DNA of 61,796 bases, the filler included, from Ionaspis alba (Eukaryota), in assembly GCA_964255285.1 (NCBI GenBank). It is 5 parts of 5 records of this genome, joined end to end, with 100 filler letters (N's around TTAATTAATTAA, not from the genome) between each part and the next. Parts side by side here need not be neighbours in the genome. Positions count along the whole stretch, not along the records: positions 1 to 12,330 come from CAXUUL010000517.1; positions 12,431 to 24,738 come from CAXUUL010000518.1; 3 more parts are not named here. One strand, written 5' to 3'. Shown here in pieces: positions 1 to 12,738 of this stretch. The notes beneath the pieces were generated by a model. It was not told the DNA's origin. It ran no database searches and saw only the letters and a program-made list of their open reading frames with translations. Position 1 is the stretch's first letter. Every line of letters begins with the position of its first letter. A program made the position numbers and the translations under genes.

Positions 1-153
1 AGACAACGGTTGACGGTGGCACGGGTGGCTGAATAAACCATGGGATTATGCTACCACGAAGCGAGGATCACGCGACGTCATCGTGCTTTGTTGACTTCAA
101 AATGCCTTGTTCTAGGTCTGATTGAAGAGACGCTTTAGCTTCGATTACTGGTC

Positions 154-694
154 ATGATATCAAGATCGTTAATCCGTTGTTCAACGACTTTGCTGCGTAG
201 GAACTGCCTGTCTACTGCTCCTTTATTTAGGACTCGATACTCGAAGCCGGCAGACCCCCCACATTTCTCATGGATTGTCTCACGTAGAACCTACGTCTTC
301 AAGACGGTAGCAGATGAAAAGATAGAAGAGCTCCAAGAACTGTATGTGACGTATGATACTTCAGTTCCAGTTTTCTGACATATTATTAGCTATGCAACGG
401 CTAAAGACGAAGTATTTTTGCCCCTTAACTCACAAGTCGTAATGAATACCTAATGCGCGTCATTTCGGAAAGTTCGAAATAGCCTCCGAAGAGACCGAAA
501 AGAAATCTGTCTACGCAGAGTCAGATCGAGGAGCCGCAAAAGAAGAACTAGCGAATCTCAAAGCAGCATTTGACAAAGCGGTGGAAGAATCGGACCCGGA
601 GGTTAGTGCAGAGATAAAGTCTAGGGTTGGACAGCGGATTAGGGAGTTGGAGAGAGCGGTAGAGGCAATGGAGGAGATGGCGATGGAGGACTAG
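154..694 (+). CDS. Conserved fungal hypothetical protein, probably mitochondrial (3 exons)
   Basis: Exons 154-341, 390-411 and 473-694, separated by GT-AG introns. Spliced product: MISRSLIRCSTTLLRR (Arg/Ser-rich presequence-like)...IEELQELYATAKDEFEIASEETEKKSVYAESDR...RVGQRIRELERAVEAMEEMAMED*, a helical/coiled-coil body. Confidence 0.75.
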
Positions 695-890
695 ATGAAG
701 AACCTATCGACGTCTCAGCATCATACAGGACGACAGGCGCAATATCCCTGAAAGGGAGCAAGCCTCTCGAAATGGACAGACGAGCTTCTGTGTTTATGCG
801 GAGGCTCTTGATACCTCCATTTTGGAGAAAGGGAAGAGAAAAGCTAAGATGTACATATTGCATATGTGCTATGTGATCATTCATACAATC

Positions 891-3594
891 TCATTTTCTC
901 TTCTTGAACCGGAACTTTAACTCGTCCTCACTATCACTTTCCGAGTCCCGTATGGCTAGCATCTTCTGCTTCTTGGCCATGCCGCCCTTTGCTCCTCCAG
1001 GCGCAGGCCTCTTCCCACGAGCAATTTGCGACGGTCCACTGTCAAGTTCAAGCTGAGAAGTCTTATCCATCAGCCTTGTTGTCCTCGGAGCCTGCACGTC
1101 CACAACTTCCACATTGTCTCCCTCAACGAGCTCGCTAGGAATTTCCTCTGGCTGGCTCCTTGCTGTCGTGAATGGCTGACTTTGAAATTGCTGGGTTGCC
1201 CGCTCCTTTTCCTTCCTCTTGTTCTTTGACGTTTCGCTTTCGAGCCAATACTCTTCGCCTATTCCTTGGCTCTTCTTCTTGACTTCTTCCAAAGGCACCA
1301 TCAGGCTTTGTCCGCGTCGTGGCTGGTCGCCTTGGCCCTTCCGTCTGAATTTCTTGAAGTTCTTACGTCCGTTCCATTGCTCGTTCCACCGCTCACTTGT
1401 ATGGCCATTGGCGTCCCTTCTCGGTGGTCTGTCAGTTCGCTCTATCACCTCCATCTCTTCGACCACGGCTAGATTCTTCATGGTCTCTAAATCCATGCCT
1501 TCCAAAGTTTGCTGAATAGATTCTTCATCTTGTCTTGCTGCTTCTTCTTGCTTTTGCATCCGTTCTCGGACAGCTTCCTGCACATCAATCTCCTTACGAG
1601 GCTTGTTTTTCTTCTGTGGTGGATTTTTTGATTGTGATGTCCTGCCAAACGTGTTGTTCTCAATAGACACACCTCGTTCTCGTGCCTCTTGTTCTTCTTC
1701 AACACGACGTCGTTTCATTGCCGCAGCCGCCGGGAGTAGGTCATCGTTCATTGCCTCTTCCTCTTCTTCATCATCAGATGGTAGCGGACGCTTCCTCGAG
1801 AATTTGATCCGAGTCGTGGGCTCATCCTCATCTTGCGAGTCAACCTCCATTGTCAGATCGGCAGACCAATCCTCAGGCTATCCATTGTTAGTGCTCGCGA
1901 GGGTTTCGGCAATCAGAACATATACGTAGCTGGGTTGAGTTCCATTTGACGTCTTTCCCCATTGCGTGCTTGCAACCAGAGGCTTTTTTTGGGTCGGTGC
2001 TTGAAAACGCTCAAAACCATCATCGAAGCCGTGGAAGGCGCTTACGATAGTTCCTCGAGGACGAACTCGTCGTGTTGGCAGCTGGGAAGGTTCCGCATCT
2101 AATGGCGGAGGGGCTCCCTGGTGTTGGCTATCTAGTGATTGGGACTGTCCGAGCTGGGCCGTCGATACTATTCTGATGCGTAAGCATCTATCGAGAGCCA
2201 GACCACTAAGTTGCCTACCTGCTGTTGGTGCCGCTGCTGTTCTTGTAGATGCCGTGGGAGGTGACGTGTCCTCGGGCAGAGCGCGACGAAGCGTAGAAGC
2301 GTCATTGCTTAGGATTGCATCTAAAAACTCGTTCTGTTCGATCAACCTTTGACCAAGTGCCAGACTCACTTCGATCTGTGTTTCAAGGCACCATTCCTCG
2401 AAACCTTTCTCGCTCTGAAATTTGACAACGACGACTCCTTTGCCTACGCTCCCATCTTCAAATTCACCAAACCCTTTCTCCCCTGCGGCATCCTTGACGA
2501 ACCGGACAATCTCGCCAACAGACGTCTTGCCCATGTTGACTTCGCAATACAACGCCTTCCCTCCGCCATTACTTATGGGCGAGAGTAGGTTCTCGAACTG
2601 TCGAAGATTACAAAACACAAAGGTGTAACCCACGAAGACTTCTTTCCGTCCCGGATTTGGTGCAAACAGCTCGCTCGAACGTTGACCTGGTTCTCTGCCA
2701 GGAGGTGGGAGATATTTGGCTGCATCTGGCCAGTGCGCGTCGAAGTCTTCTTCCAAAGGAGACACGCTTTCTGGTTCGTCAAGGTTTCCTGGCGTAGTTG
2801 CATAGACTATAGCATCTAGAAACGAGTTGTCCACGATGTACTTGCCATTGATAAGAGCCTGTAAACCCTTGGCAGTGTTGCGTTTACCAGCGACAACATG
2901 AGTTGTTTTGTCAAGCAGATAGGCCATAATGGTCTTGATGTCGAGATCTTCCAGGCGGCCTCGTACTGGTACCAAAGCATCTCTGTTTCCTTTGGTTTCC
3001 TTGCTGGAGAATGAAAATGAGAGCACCACCGGCTGCCATTTGATGCTGGTAAATTTGTCAGCTACCACCTAGCAGATACATATATAGTCCCAACCGAAAT
3101 GCATGCTCATAGCTGCCCAGCCGGAATACATGCCCATCATTTTTCAAAACCTTCTTTCCGCCCTTGATTCTCTCGCCGTCCACTTCCGTGCCGAGCTTAG
3201 TATTTTCATCCTGGAGGCATAATTCGGAACGTGTTTGGACAAGTGACTACATTGTCCAGGGTTAGAGTTATGCAATATATTCGGATGCTTGTTGTCATAC
3301 CCCTTCGCCTGGCTTCACAGTCGAGAGACTTAAGGTCAGATGCTTGCGTGAGACAGATTTGTGCGCAATAACGAAGCCAGCTTGTATTGTTTAGCACCGG
3401 TCTTTCAGATTCATGAATGATATCGGAATACCATACCATATTTGCCTCCCTCTGGCTTCGTTCTCCCGAACAAGTATTTCTTGCCTGGTCGAAGCCATAT
3501 GCGTTTACCTGGGCAAGTTTAGTATCTTGTAATTTCGTTAAAGATCACGCTACTTGCCCTTCAGTATATCTCCATCACATTCTAGTATCCACAT
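891..3594 (-). CDS. NBS1: Nibrin / NBS1 (Xrs2) subunit of the MRN DNA-repair complex, multi-exon
   Basis: Spliced N-terminus MWILECDGDILKGKRIWLRPGKKYLFGRT...HKSVSRKH (FHA domain); tandem BRCT region (THVVAGKRNTAKGLQALING); Mre11-binding motif RKNFKKFRR; acidic/FRF C-terminal tail. Joins ORFs 1878-3068 and 891-1850. Confidence 0.9.
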
Positions 3595-3637
3595 TGTGAT
3601 TTTGCGGCTGTCACAGTGGCGACATGTTTTGGAAGAT

Positions 3638-3650
3638 CACGCGACGCGTT
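3638..3650. promoter_or_regulatory. MCB-like element (CACGCGACGCGT) upstream of NBS1
   Basis: Perfect ACGCGT at 3644-3649 plus an adjacent ACGCG, about 50 bp upstream of the NBS1 ATG. Confidence 0.45.
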
Positions 3651-4166
3651 CCGAAAATCGAGCAGATTCAGGCGTCAATGAATGGTCAGCTTTCACAGCT
3701 CATTCTAGCGGACGGGAGACCATCAAAGCACCTGAACTACAATTGCGCTTGAGGAACCAGACATCAAGGTGACACACTACTGCCGTTTTATACACGTTCA
3801 GGAGCTATCTACTCACTGTTTACTGACCAAGCGCCTTAAATCTACTCGGAGTCTCATACTGCCAAGCCCATGTCTTCCAATCAACTCTTCGATCAACAAC
3901 GGTGTGTATATTATGAGGTGAACAGAAATCCATCCATTAAGTAAAAAAATTGCGACCTTTCAATTCTCAGGATCTCGATATATTCGTCTCAATATTGATA
4001 ATAATACATAGTAGAATCAGCGCTGATGTGATTGCCATCGCCATCGTAAGAGCTTCTAGTGGAGCTGTTCAAAGAATAAGATGCCTTAAAGGGCCAGAAC
4101 CTCGCACAACAAGTCATCGAGAAAATACAAATTCACAACCATGACTCAACCAAGACTCATCCCAGC

Positions 4167-4971
4167 CTAGCCAGTCGCCAGCTTTACGAGATTCGCCTCA
4201 GCACCATTGAAGTAATCCGAATCTCCGCCATACGTATAGGTATCCGCATTCTGCCAGATGGTCTGGTATGGCCATCCGCCGGGGATGGTACCTGGCGAGC
4301 TTCCATACCTCGCCAGCACGAGCGGGCACGTTGTGTGGAATGCAGCACTGTTCCCTGTGCAAGTGGTCCACCAATCATTGGTGGTGTAGATCATGGGATA
4401 TCGGCCGGTCTTGCTGTGGTATGTGTTGACGAAATCCTGGATCCAAGCGACCATCGATGCGTGGCTCAGGCCGTAGCAGGTCGCGCCCGACGGATTGTAC
4501 TCGATATCCAGCATGCCGGGAAGCGTCCGGCCATCCTTACTCCATCCCCCTCCGTGTGCAACGAAGAAGTTGGCCTGTGCCGCGCCGGAGCTGGAGCTTG
4601 GGCGTGCGAAGTGGTACCCGCCACGAATTAGTTTTGCGTTCGTCGCGCCGATGTAGTGGCTTGAAAAGCCGGGATCAATGTAGGTTGTGCCCTCTGTGGC
4701 CTGTAGATGGGGTGTCAGCTATTGTTCTTGTAACTCTTCAAGGTCGAACTGGTGGGAGGTGTGTGGCAAGGGGGCTTAGGTCACTGCCAGGACCGACCTT
4801 GATGATCACGAAGCGAGCGCCGCTGTTGTATGCTCCTTGAAAGTTGACGGAGCCTTGATAATTCGAAATGTCGAAGCCACGAACACCTGCGATTCGCTTC
4901 TCAAGCTCTTGTGCAGGAGCAGCACTAACAGCACCGAGAGCAATAGCGAGAGAGATGAGGGATAGCTTCAT
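4167..4971 (-). CDS. Secreted GH25 lysozyme (Chalaropsis-type N,O-diacetylmuramidase), 2 exons
   Basis: Signal peptide MKLSLISLAIALGAVSA, Kex2 site EKR, GFDISNYQG, IK|ATEG (intron 4701-4797), RGGYHFA, catalytic LDIE motif, C-terminal WQ...GGDSD. Confidence 0.93.
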
Positions 4972-6827
4972 GATTACAGTTGAGCTTGACTGTTGTTGAT
5001 ATTCTGAATTGGTTGATGGTGAGAGACAGCTTGTGTTATTGCCGGACTTGAGGTCGACACAGCGAGCTTTATATCTCAGTCGAGGCTGGAATTTCTCCCG
5101 GGACTGGACAAAAACAGAGGTCCAACTTGATGTCAAGTTTGGTGACCTCCATCTTTCCCATCACCGCCTACTCCCAAAGTCGTATCTGCAGGCGAAGTTG
5201 CAGTGACATCGCCAATTTATCACAGACGCACCCCGCCAATTTGAGCAGGGAGAGGCGACACACAAGCTTCGTGATTGGCCATCAGAGGTGTTTCGCGAAA
5301 CAGCGCAAAGGAGAGGTTACATGTCAACTGAGACCAGACGTTTCACAAGACGAGTTGTCCTGGTATTTCCCCAGGAAGTCGATGTTGCAGCCCTAGCCGA
5401 TCAGTACCTGATTCCAACCTTGCTGCAAGGCACTAAATAAATTGCCAAGCCAGCCACCAGCGCCGCTCTTGCGCAGAACGAAAGAAGCTTCGCTGGTTGT
5501 GGCTTCTGCCTTTCCGACCACAGCCCGATTGAGTCAAAAGGGGCTTTTAAAGTGGCATGCAAGCTATCTCAGAGCTAAGAGACACTACGGCGCGGGCAGG
5601 TCAGGGTTTCCACGTGGGGGCGAAGAAGCGAAAAGTGTAAAGCTGAGGCTCACGAGGCTCTCCAGAAAGCTTTCTTCCATTCGCGTGTGATATTCTCCGC
5701 GCCATCACATCAATGGCTTTCGCCATTGTGTACCCATCCAGATGTCTTGAAACACAAATGTCTCTGACTCGGTTGTCTTTGAGCTCTGAAAGACTTGTTG
5801 GCCGGAGCCCTGTGACCAGCCGTGCATCTTTTCTCTAATTAGGTGCCAGTCCATGCTTGAGAAGATTTACCAGTATTTATACTCTTCCTCATTAGACCAC
5901 TGTGCGTCATCGGCCAGCGGACCGTCTTGGATGCTATCGAGCGAGGTGGAGCTTATTTTCGGCCAACTTCGTGCGGTAAGAACTTTGGCTGCTAGGCGTT
6001 CTAGTAGTCAGGTAACACTGCGGCAATGCGCCAAGACGTTCCTGAGCACGAAAAAGTTCGCCAGGAGGTTACCCCGGATTTCCTGACCTGAGGGTGTTGT
6101 ATGCTGGGGTGTCAGCCGCCAGATCGACAAGCTGATGCCGCTGTGTTTGTCGGCTGAACCCGAATTGCCACTGAGACCACCAGTATGGTTGATTCTCCAT
6201 GCTTGCCGAATACGACATGTCTGGTATGATTGTGATCGAATATCCCCACTGTCCATTCGCATGGAGAATAAGCAAACCGTACATGAGCAGTAGCGAGAGA
6301 CGGCGATCTCTCTGATGTGCGGGCTGTGCCAGGGCTCGTCAAAGTACGTGGTGCAATGACAACAGATGACGAGCATCTCTCCCTAGGGCTATGCACTTTG
6401 ACAACAAAGGACTATGAGGCGAAAGCATCACCGTCCTTCGGCCCTCGCTTTCTGATCGAGAGACTGATCAGCTCCAAAGTCAGCAGGGTCTCCATAGCAA
6501 TCGGAAGGAGCCTTCCAGAGGAAGTTGAGTTAGTCTCTGCTCGCACAAATCATATACGTGCGATTCCTGCGGAACTTCAAGCAGGATTCATAACATTTCA
6601 TAGATCAAGCAGTATAAATGGTATATATTCTCAAAACTCCTNNNNNNNNNNNNNNNNNNNNNNNNNNNNNNNNNNNNNNNNNNNNNNNNNNNNNNNNNNN
6701 NNNNNNNNNNNNNNNNNNNNNNNNNNNNNNNNNNNNNNNNNTGTCTTCAGTCATCTGCAACTGTCTAGATATTATTAGCGATTCACTTGCACATTCCGTA
6801 GTGGATGCATACCTCTCCCACATTCCT

Positions 6828-7421
6828 TTAGCATGCGAAACCACAGTCCATATGCCTCCCTGAGCGTTTGCACCCGTTATCTACGCCGCCGTGCTTGTCC
6901 CAGTTGCCAACTGAGCACCGATCGGAATCACTCCGCCAGATATCGTCGCCTATCTGGAAGCGAAAGTGAAATCTGTCCCAATCGTAGAGGTCGTAGTATT
7001 CGTCATCATCGTAATCATCGTAATCATCACCCCAAGAGCTATAGAACACGGTCGGCTTGTCTGTCACCATCTGCACCTGCATCGAGTTCTCCATTGGGGT
7101 TTGCACGTCGGCTGGGGCAAGGGTGGTCAGGTCGATCCGGCGATTGACCACATCGGCAATCTTGTTCCCTTCGTTGTCCAGGATGTAGATATCCAGCCTT
7201 CGTATGGAATGACTGACGTCCGTTTCTTGCACGTGTATCCCGCACCGGCCAGGAACATAACTCTCCGCAAAGGTGGATGAGCCGGGGGCTTCGACGTATT
7301 GCCTACAGAACCAACCGTGCCTATGATGGGCATCGTCGTAACGCCCAGGCAATGCCATGGTCGGATTGGTGAGAGCTAGAAGGGTCAGAAGGAGAATTGG
7401 TAGGATAAGGGAAGGAGCCAT
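6828..7421 (-). CDS. Small secreted Cys-containing protein (about 197 aa), effector-like
   Basis: Signal peptide MAPSLILPILLLTLLALTNPTMA; motifs PGRCGIHV, CSVGNWD and terminal MDCGFAC; acidic DDYDDYDDDEYYD patch; TATA-like (TATAAAAA) on the minus strand near 7490. Confidence 0.75.
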   Translation of the reverse strand: MAPSLILPILLLTLLALTNPTMALPGRYDDAHHRHGWFCRQYVEAPGSSTFAESYVPGRCGIHVQETDVSHSIRRLDIYILDNEGNKIADVVNRRIDLTTLAPADVQTPMENSMQVQMVTDKPTVFYSSWGDDYDDYDDDEYYDLYDWDRFHFRFQIGDDIWRSDSDRCSVGNWDKHGGVDNGCKRSGRHMDCGFAC

Positions 7422-8504
7422 GTTGGTGTTTCGCTGGAATTTGGGAAAGGAGCAGAAATAATATATATGGATGGTTTCGTGCTTTTTATATGTGCTGAGA
7501 TATGAGGCTTTCAATTGTTCTCTAGAATGCAGAATTATGATAACGAAGATGATGAAAAAAAAGGTATAAGGGGGGAGGGCTTTTCTTATAGTAATTTCTC
7601 TAGAAAGGCCTGAGCAGAACAGTAATTATCACGAGCAAGAAAAGAGACCTGCAAAAAGTTTCAAGATCTTTTTCAGCAGACTATGTGGGGGTATGTTCGT
7701 AGTACCATGTGGCTCATGAATCATATATAGAGTTTAGTCTCCAAACACCGGGAATGCACCACGGTACAGTCTCTTGGCCGTACTAATGTGGAAAATTCGA
7801 GAGGTATTGTGTACTTAATCACTGGTTTTAACTCCTCATGGGAACTGTGATAAGATCGTGGCGAAGCTAAAGTAAGCCATCTTGTGAGCCACGGTTCACC
7901 CTCTCTTGCTAGTACCAAGATCATATGTGGGGAATGCTTGACAAGTTGCGGTAGATCATCAAAGTTAGCGCGCACAAGGCTGGAAGCTGCTATCTAGACA
8001 GATCCTTCCAAAGAATTAGCACATGAGCCATCCGCAGGCCACTTCACGGGCGGAGTCAGTAGGAGGCTTTGAACGACTGGATTATTCCTACTTCCGTCTC
8101 GTTGTCGACAACAATGCTTTACCCGCAAAGGATCTGGGCCTTAATTGTATCGATGGGCAAGCCAACCGGCCCACTTTAGGTGGGTACCCTTTGTAGACTA
8201 GAACATCAACAGACATTGGTGGGGATGGTTCATGATGAAAGTTGCAGATTCGCGCTTTGAGGTTCTCCGAGCATAGCGAGATGATGCTCGATCAACCACA
8301 GAAGGGATCGCACGGCAAGGGAAAAGAACAGCTCGACTCAACAAAGATTGAATGTACACCACAATAAAGGTAGTTTCGTATTAGAGCTATCCCAGAGTTT
8401 ATCTCATAGGCCAGTAAGAGGATTCAACCACGATACAAAAGGGAACGTCACAAACTAGTCGCGCTGGACGCTCCAGGTACTCAGCATGCACTCGCCCTCA
8501 TCAA

Positions 8505-11500
8505 TTAAACTCCAGCAGTCGGACTACTCCTCAATCTTCTGCCCCCGCCCTGGGGTGCCGGCATCACGTTCTCCCTGCCTTCCAGACGTAGAACCCCACC
8601 CTTTCCAACGCCGTACTTTGTTGGTAGTCTACTCTCCGTCGTCGCATGCCTCTTCAGTGGTGGAGGACCCATTAATGATGACGAGAGGTTCTCCGACTCC
8701 GTTTTCGCGGAGATGATCGGCTCACTATACCGTGGCAAAGAGGCATGCATGTTGACCGGAATCTCCCGCAGGCTGCTGTTGTCGGAAGGTGCGGGCCGAA
8801 GGAGGGCGACATCGTCTTCCGGGGCGTCTGTGTAGACAACGGACTTGCTTGGAGAAGGGGGATTCGAAGGGCTGGTGGGCGTGATAGATGATGGATGGGC
8901 ATGAGCTGATTCAGCAAGGAGCTTATCGTGGTCTCCAGTACGGGGCAGGATGGAAGAATACTGGTAATGAGTCCTTTGAGGAGTTTCTCCTGTTGGTGTA
9001 TATTCTGTCAATGGGGCTGCTAGAACATGTTCCCGCAAGTCGGAGAGGGGCTGGCGTAGTGTGGAGTCGAATGGAGACAGGGTTTCTGTAAGGGTTGTCC
9101 GCTCGCTAAGCATGTCCGTATCGAAGGTCTCGAGGCGTTTCATAGTCGAGTCCAAACGGTCTCCAGTCTTGGTACACGTATCTTTGACTGACGATGCCAA
9201 GACTTGAAGAGAATGCGCATGTGATGTATGGTGTGTCTCGTTTTGAGATCTTGCTCTTCTCACGAAGTCGTCTAGTGCTTGCATCTGCACAGCCATATCC
9301 TTCATTTGCGCATCGACGATGCGGACGGTTTCTTCATGGACAGCTCTGGTGGCAGACTGGATCAAAGTGTTATGCTCATTGACAGCAGTCCAGTCCTGCT
9401 TCATCTTTCCCTTCAAAGCGTCACGTGATTTCACCACCTCGTCGACCAGAAGAGTTTCTTTTCTCGACCAAGTATCCATCGAACTCGCGTACAAGTTGTT
9501 GACTGCCTGGAAGTCTGATCTCGCAGTAGCCATGTCGTTGCGGATTGCGTCCACTTTGGTGCTCAGACGATCGTCTTGAACAGCCCCTGAAGCATTGACT
9601 AGCCTCGTGATTTTGACGAGTAGATCTTGACGGTCCTCGGCAGCTTGCTTACGTTCCTCAGCAAGGCAGTTATCAAGACGATCTGAAAATTGGACATGCG
9701 ACTGCATAGCGGTTGCTGTTGCGACCGAAAGCTTCCTTCGTAGCTCGTCCGCCTCTGCTTGTTGAGTGTTAAGATGTCTTGTAAGCTCCTCGAAGATGTT
9801 CTTGAAATCTCGACCAAGCGAGCTGTACGATGTATGCAGCTTGGTTGACGTTAGCTATTGTCTCTGGCGTTGTCAGAATCCTACATACCTGGGTGTGGAA
9901 GCCCTCCAGCTCACTGATGACTTCCGCAGAGATCCTACCTGCAGCCACAGACAAACCTTGCAGGCCCTCTCCAACCTTCTGCTTCACGTCCTCTCTCAAG
10001 AACTTGATTTCCTCAAGAACCTCATTCATCTCGTCCCGAGCCTTCGATGTTTGCCCTTCGACTCTTTGTTCTGCCATTTCGAACTCCGTAGCAAATTGTT
10101 TCAAAGATTGTTGCCGATCTTTGAACTCCTGCATCTCTTCTTGTACAAATCCCTGTATGCGGCAAGATAAACGGTCGAGGAGTCGCTGCTGAGACTGTTG
10201 GAGGGTGCCTAATCTATTTTCGACTAGGAGTGTAACGTTGGAGACTTCGGTTTGTGATGACTTCCACTTAGCTCGATTGTGGGACTGCAAGTCCGCCTTT
10301 CTCTGTATCTTAGATTGAAGCCCAGCAATGTCCGTCACGGTCTTACCAAGGGTTGAGATAAGTTCGTTGCCTGTGATAGTGAATTGCTCTTCTGTTGCCT
10401 GGTGAGCCTTACGCAAGATTGTTTCATCCACCAGATTCTGTCGAGTGTCTGCTAGTACCATCTCTGTCTTCTCCAAAACACCCTGTGTATCATCCAGAGT
10501 TTGCTTTGTGATCTCGTTGTCCTTCTTCAGAATGGCAAAGTTATTTGTGAGGGCGAAAAGCTCCTGCACCTTGTTCCTAAGATTGGCCTCCATTGTCTCG
10601 ATCCTAGCTTTCTGTTCCTCACCAAGGATCCTACGAGATTCGCTCTCGACGGTGATCTCCTCATAGCTTTCATTCGAAAGGTATACGCCATTACGTTGAC
10701 GGGTCGCGATGAGCTCGCCTTTCAATTTCTCGATCTCTGCCGTGAACTCCTTCAATAAGGTCTTCTTGGATATCATTTGATTGACCTGAGGCTTATTTCT
10801 GATGTTTTTTGCTCGAAAGGCGTAATCAAGAGTCGAAATCGTTTCTTCCAAGTTGGACTTTGCAGGTGAAACTGTGGCAATAATGCAAGTCTTGGTTCGA
10901 CCACCCAGAGAATCTTGCAAGAGTCTCGTTAACTTTGATTCCCTATGGAGTGATGAGTACCATGTCTGCCAGATTTTCATGCGATCACTTACCGGTACGG
11001 AATGTGAGAACTTCTGTCAACAAGGGCATTGATGACTCGTCCTAACGTGAGAAGACTCTTGTTGATCAGACCAGCCTCTGCAGCGCGTTTGTTCTCTGCA
11101 CCACTGCGCTGTATGTTTTCGCTACCTGCGAGATCGACTAGATTGAGCTTTCCAGCGCTTACGAACTCTTCACCGTTCTCAGCCGTTCTCTTGATATACA
11201 CGGTCACCGTGAAGACAGTATGACTCCGTGAGCTTAGGTCGTTGCATTTCGTGGCTGCCACCTGTCTCTTGAGACTTCCATCGACCAGAAGCTTTATGCC
11301 AGCTCCAGCAGTCTTGATATGTGCTTCTTCCATACCTTGCACGATAGTAGCATTGTGACCCTTTTTCTGCCCATCCTCGTAAATCTTCAGCTTGGTATGC
11401 TCGTCAACGGATAAAAGATCTCTGAGTTCCTCATTATACAATTCGATAAAGGAGCATTTCACAGAACTCTCTGCGCCTTCCGCTTCCAATTTTCCGAACA

Positions 11501-12169
11501 AAGAATGCAGAACACGAGGAATGATACCAGCAGAATCTGACAAAAGCCCCAAGGTATCGGACATGTCTCCGGACATGGTGTATGTCTTGCCAGTGCCCGT
11601 TTGGCCGTACGCGAAAATGGTACAATTGTAGCCTTGCAGCATCTGGAGAATTATTAGTATTGCGAGGCCGGAATAAACGCAGATCATTGTACCTCATCGA
11701 GTATTGGTGTCACAACATCATCGTAGATCATGGCCTGATCGGCTGCTTGAGAGAAGACTTTGTCGAAGTGATATGTTTTGTTACTAAGAGCGCTTGGCCC
11801 CATGGATAACTCCACTGTCTTCCCTTTCGCACCATCTGTAGAAACGACAACCCCACTGTTTTCTCGTACTTCTCGGTCATTGCGACCTCGACATCGAACC
11901 ACCACATGGATGTTGGTCTCCTCTCCCCCTTCCCCTTCGAAGTCTCGTTCTTTGCGCTTGGTCCCCGTATGCTGCCGTGTAGGCGATCTGGATTGTGAAG
12001 TAGCCGTTGAAGCAATGCTGTTCGTAGGAGAGATGATTCCCGATTGCGTTCGTGTACTTGATGTTTGCGCGCTCGATTGCGCCCTCGTATTGAACGGCCT
12101 CGCCAGTGGTGGTCGCATCGATTGCTTCCGCGGCTGCAAGCTGACTGGAGGTCTGGGAAGTCCAGCCAT
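8505..12169 (-). CDS. bimC: Kinesin-5 (BimC/Eg5/Cin8 family) spindle motor, 4 exons
   Basis: Motor motifs [44 protein letters not shown]; coiled-coil stalk; BimC box PTGETPQR. Joins ORFs 11684-12199, 10989-11687, 9769-10980 and 8505-9707. Confidence 0.95.
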
Positions 12170-12330
12170 GGCAGCTTGAGATGTATTATACGCAAGCAAG
12201 GGATGTTATGTGTAAGGAGTAGTAATACGGTGAAGGGATTCGATTTGGATAATGAAGCTGCGGACCAATTCATCAAAAATGCCCTGAAAGTAAACAAACA
12301 TATGGAAATGCCGCCATCAGCCTTATGCCT

Positions 12331-12430
12331 NNNNNNNNNNNNNNNNNNNNNNNNNNNNNNNNNNNNNNNNNNNNTTAATTAATTAANNNNNNNNNNNNNN
12401 NNNNNNNNNNNNNNNNNNNNNNNNNNNNNN
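12331..12430. other. Artificial scaffold-joining linker (N44-TTAATTAATTAA-N44)
   Basis: Six-frame stop linker, identical to the three other copies in the window. Confidence 0.97.
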
Positions 12431-12738
12431 GGAGGAGGGGGCGGGGGAGGAAGCGGTTGACCCGAATGAGCCGAGGTATTGTCTCTGTGGGGATGTGAGT
12501 TTTGGGGTTATGATTAATTGTGAGAATCCGGATGTGAGTTTTTTTGGATTTTTCTTTTTGCTTCTGTTTTTGCTTTTGTTGTGGTGGAGGGTGGTGTGGT
12601 GTGGGATGTGGGCTAATGGGTGTGATGCAGTGCGAGAAGGAGTGGTTCCATTTAGAATGTGTGGGGTTGTTGGAACCGCCGGGCAGGAGGGTTATGTGGT
12701 ACTGTCCGGAGTGTAAGGTTAAGTTGGGGAAGAAGTAA
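12431..12738 (+). CDS. ING-family PHD-finger protein, 3' fragment (5' end missing)
   Basis: [26 protein letters not shown] | intron 12534-12630 | [30 protein letters not shown]4HC3 PHD with the ING-type DPNEPxYC signature. Confidence 0.88.

Noticed and set aside
5127..6600. Several short overlapping ORFs between the GH25 gene and the gap
   Set aside because: Mostly non-ATG starts, no recognisable motifs and no consistent splice structure. A decayed gene cannot be excluded but is unsupported.
12375..12386. TTAATTAATTAA palindrome recurring about every 12.4 kb as a possible biological repeat or recombination site
   Set aside because: Always centred in exactly 44+44 Ns; it is a standard six-frame stop linker used when concatenating contigs.
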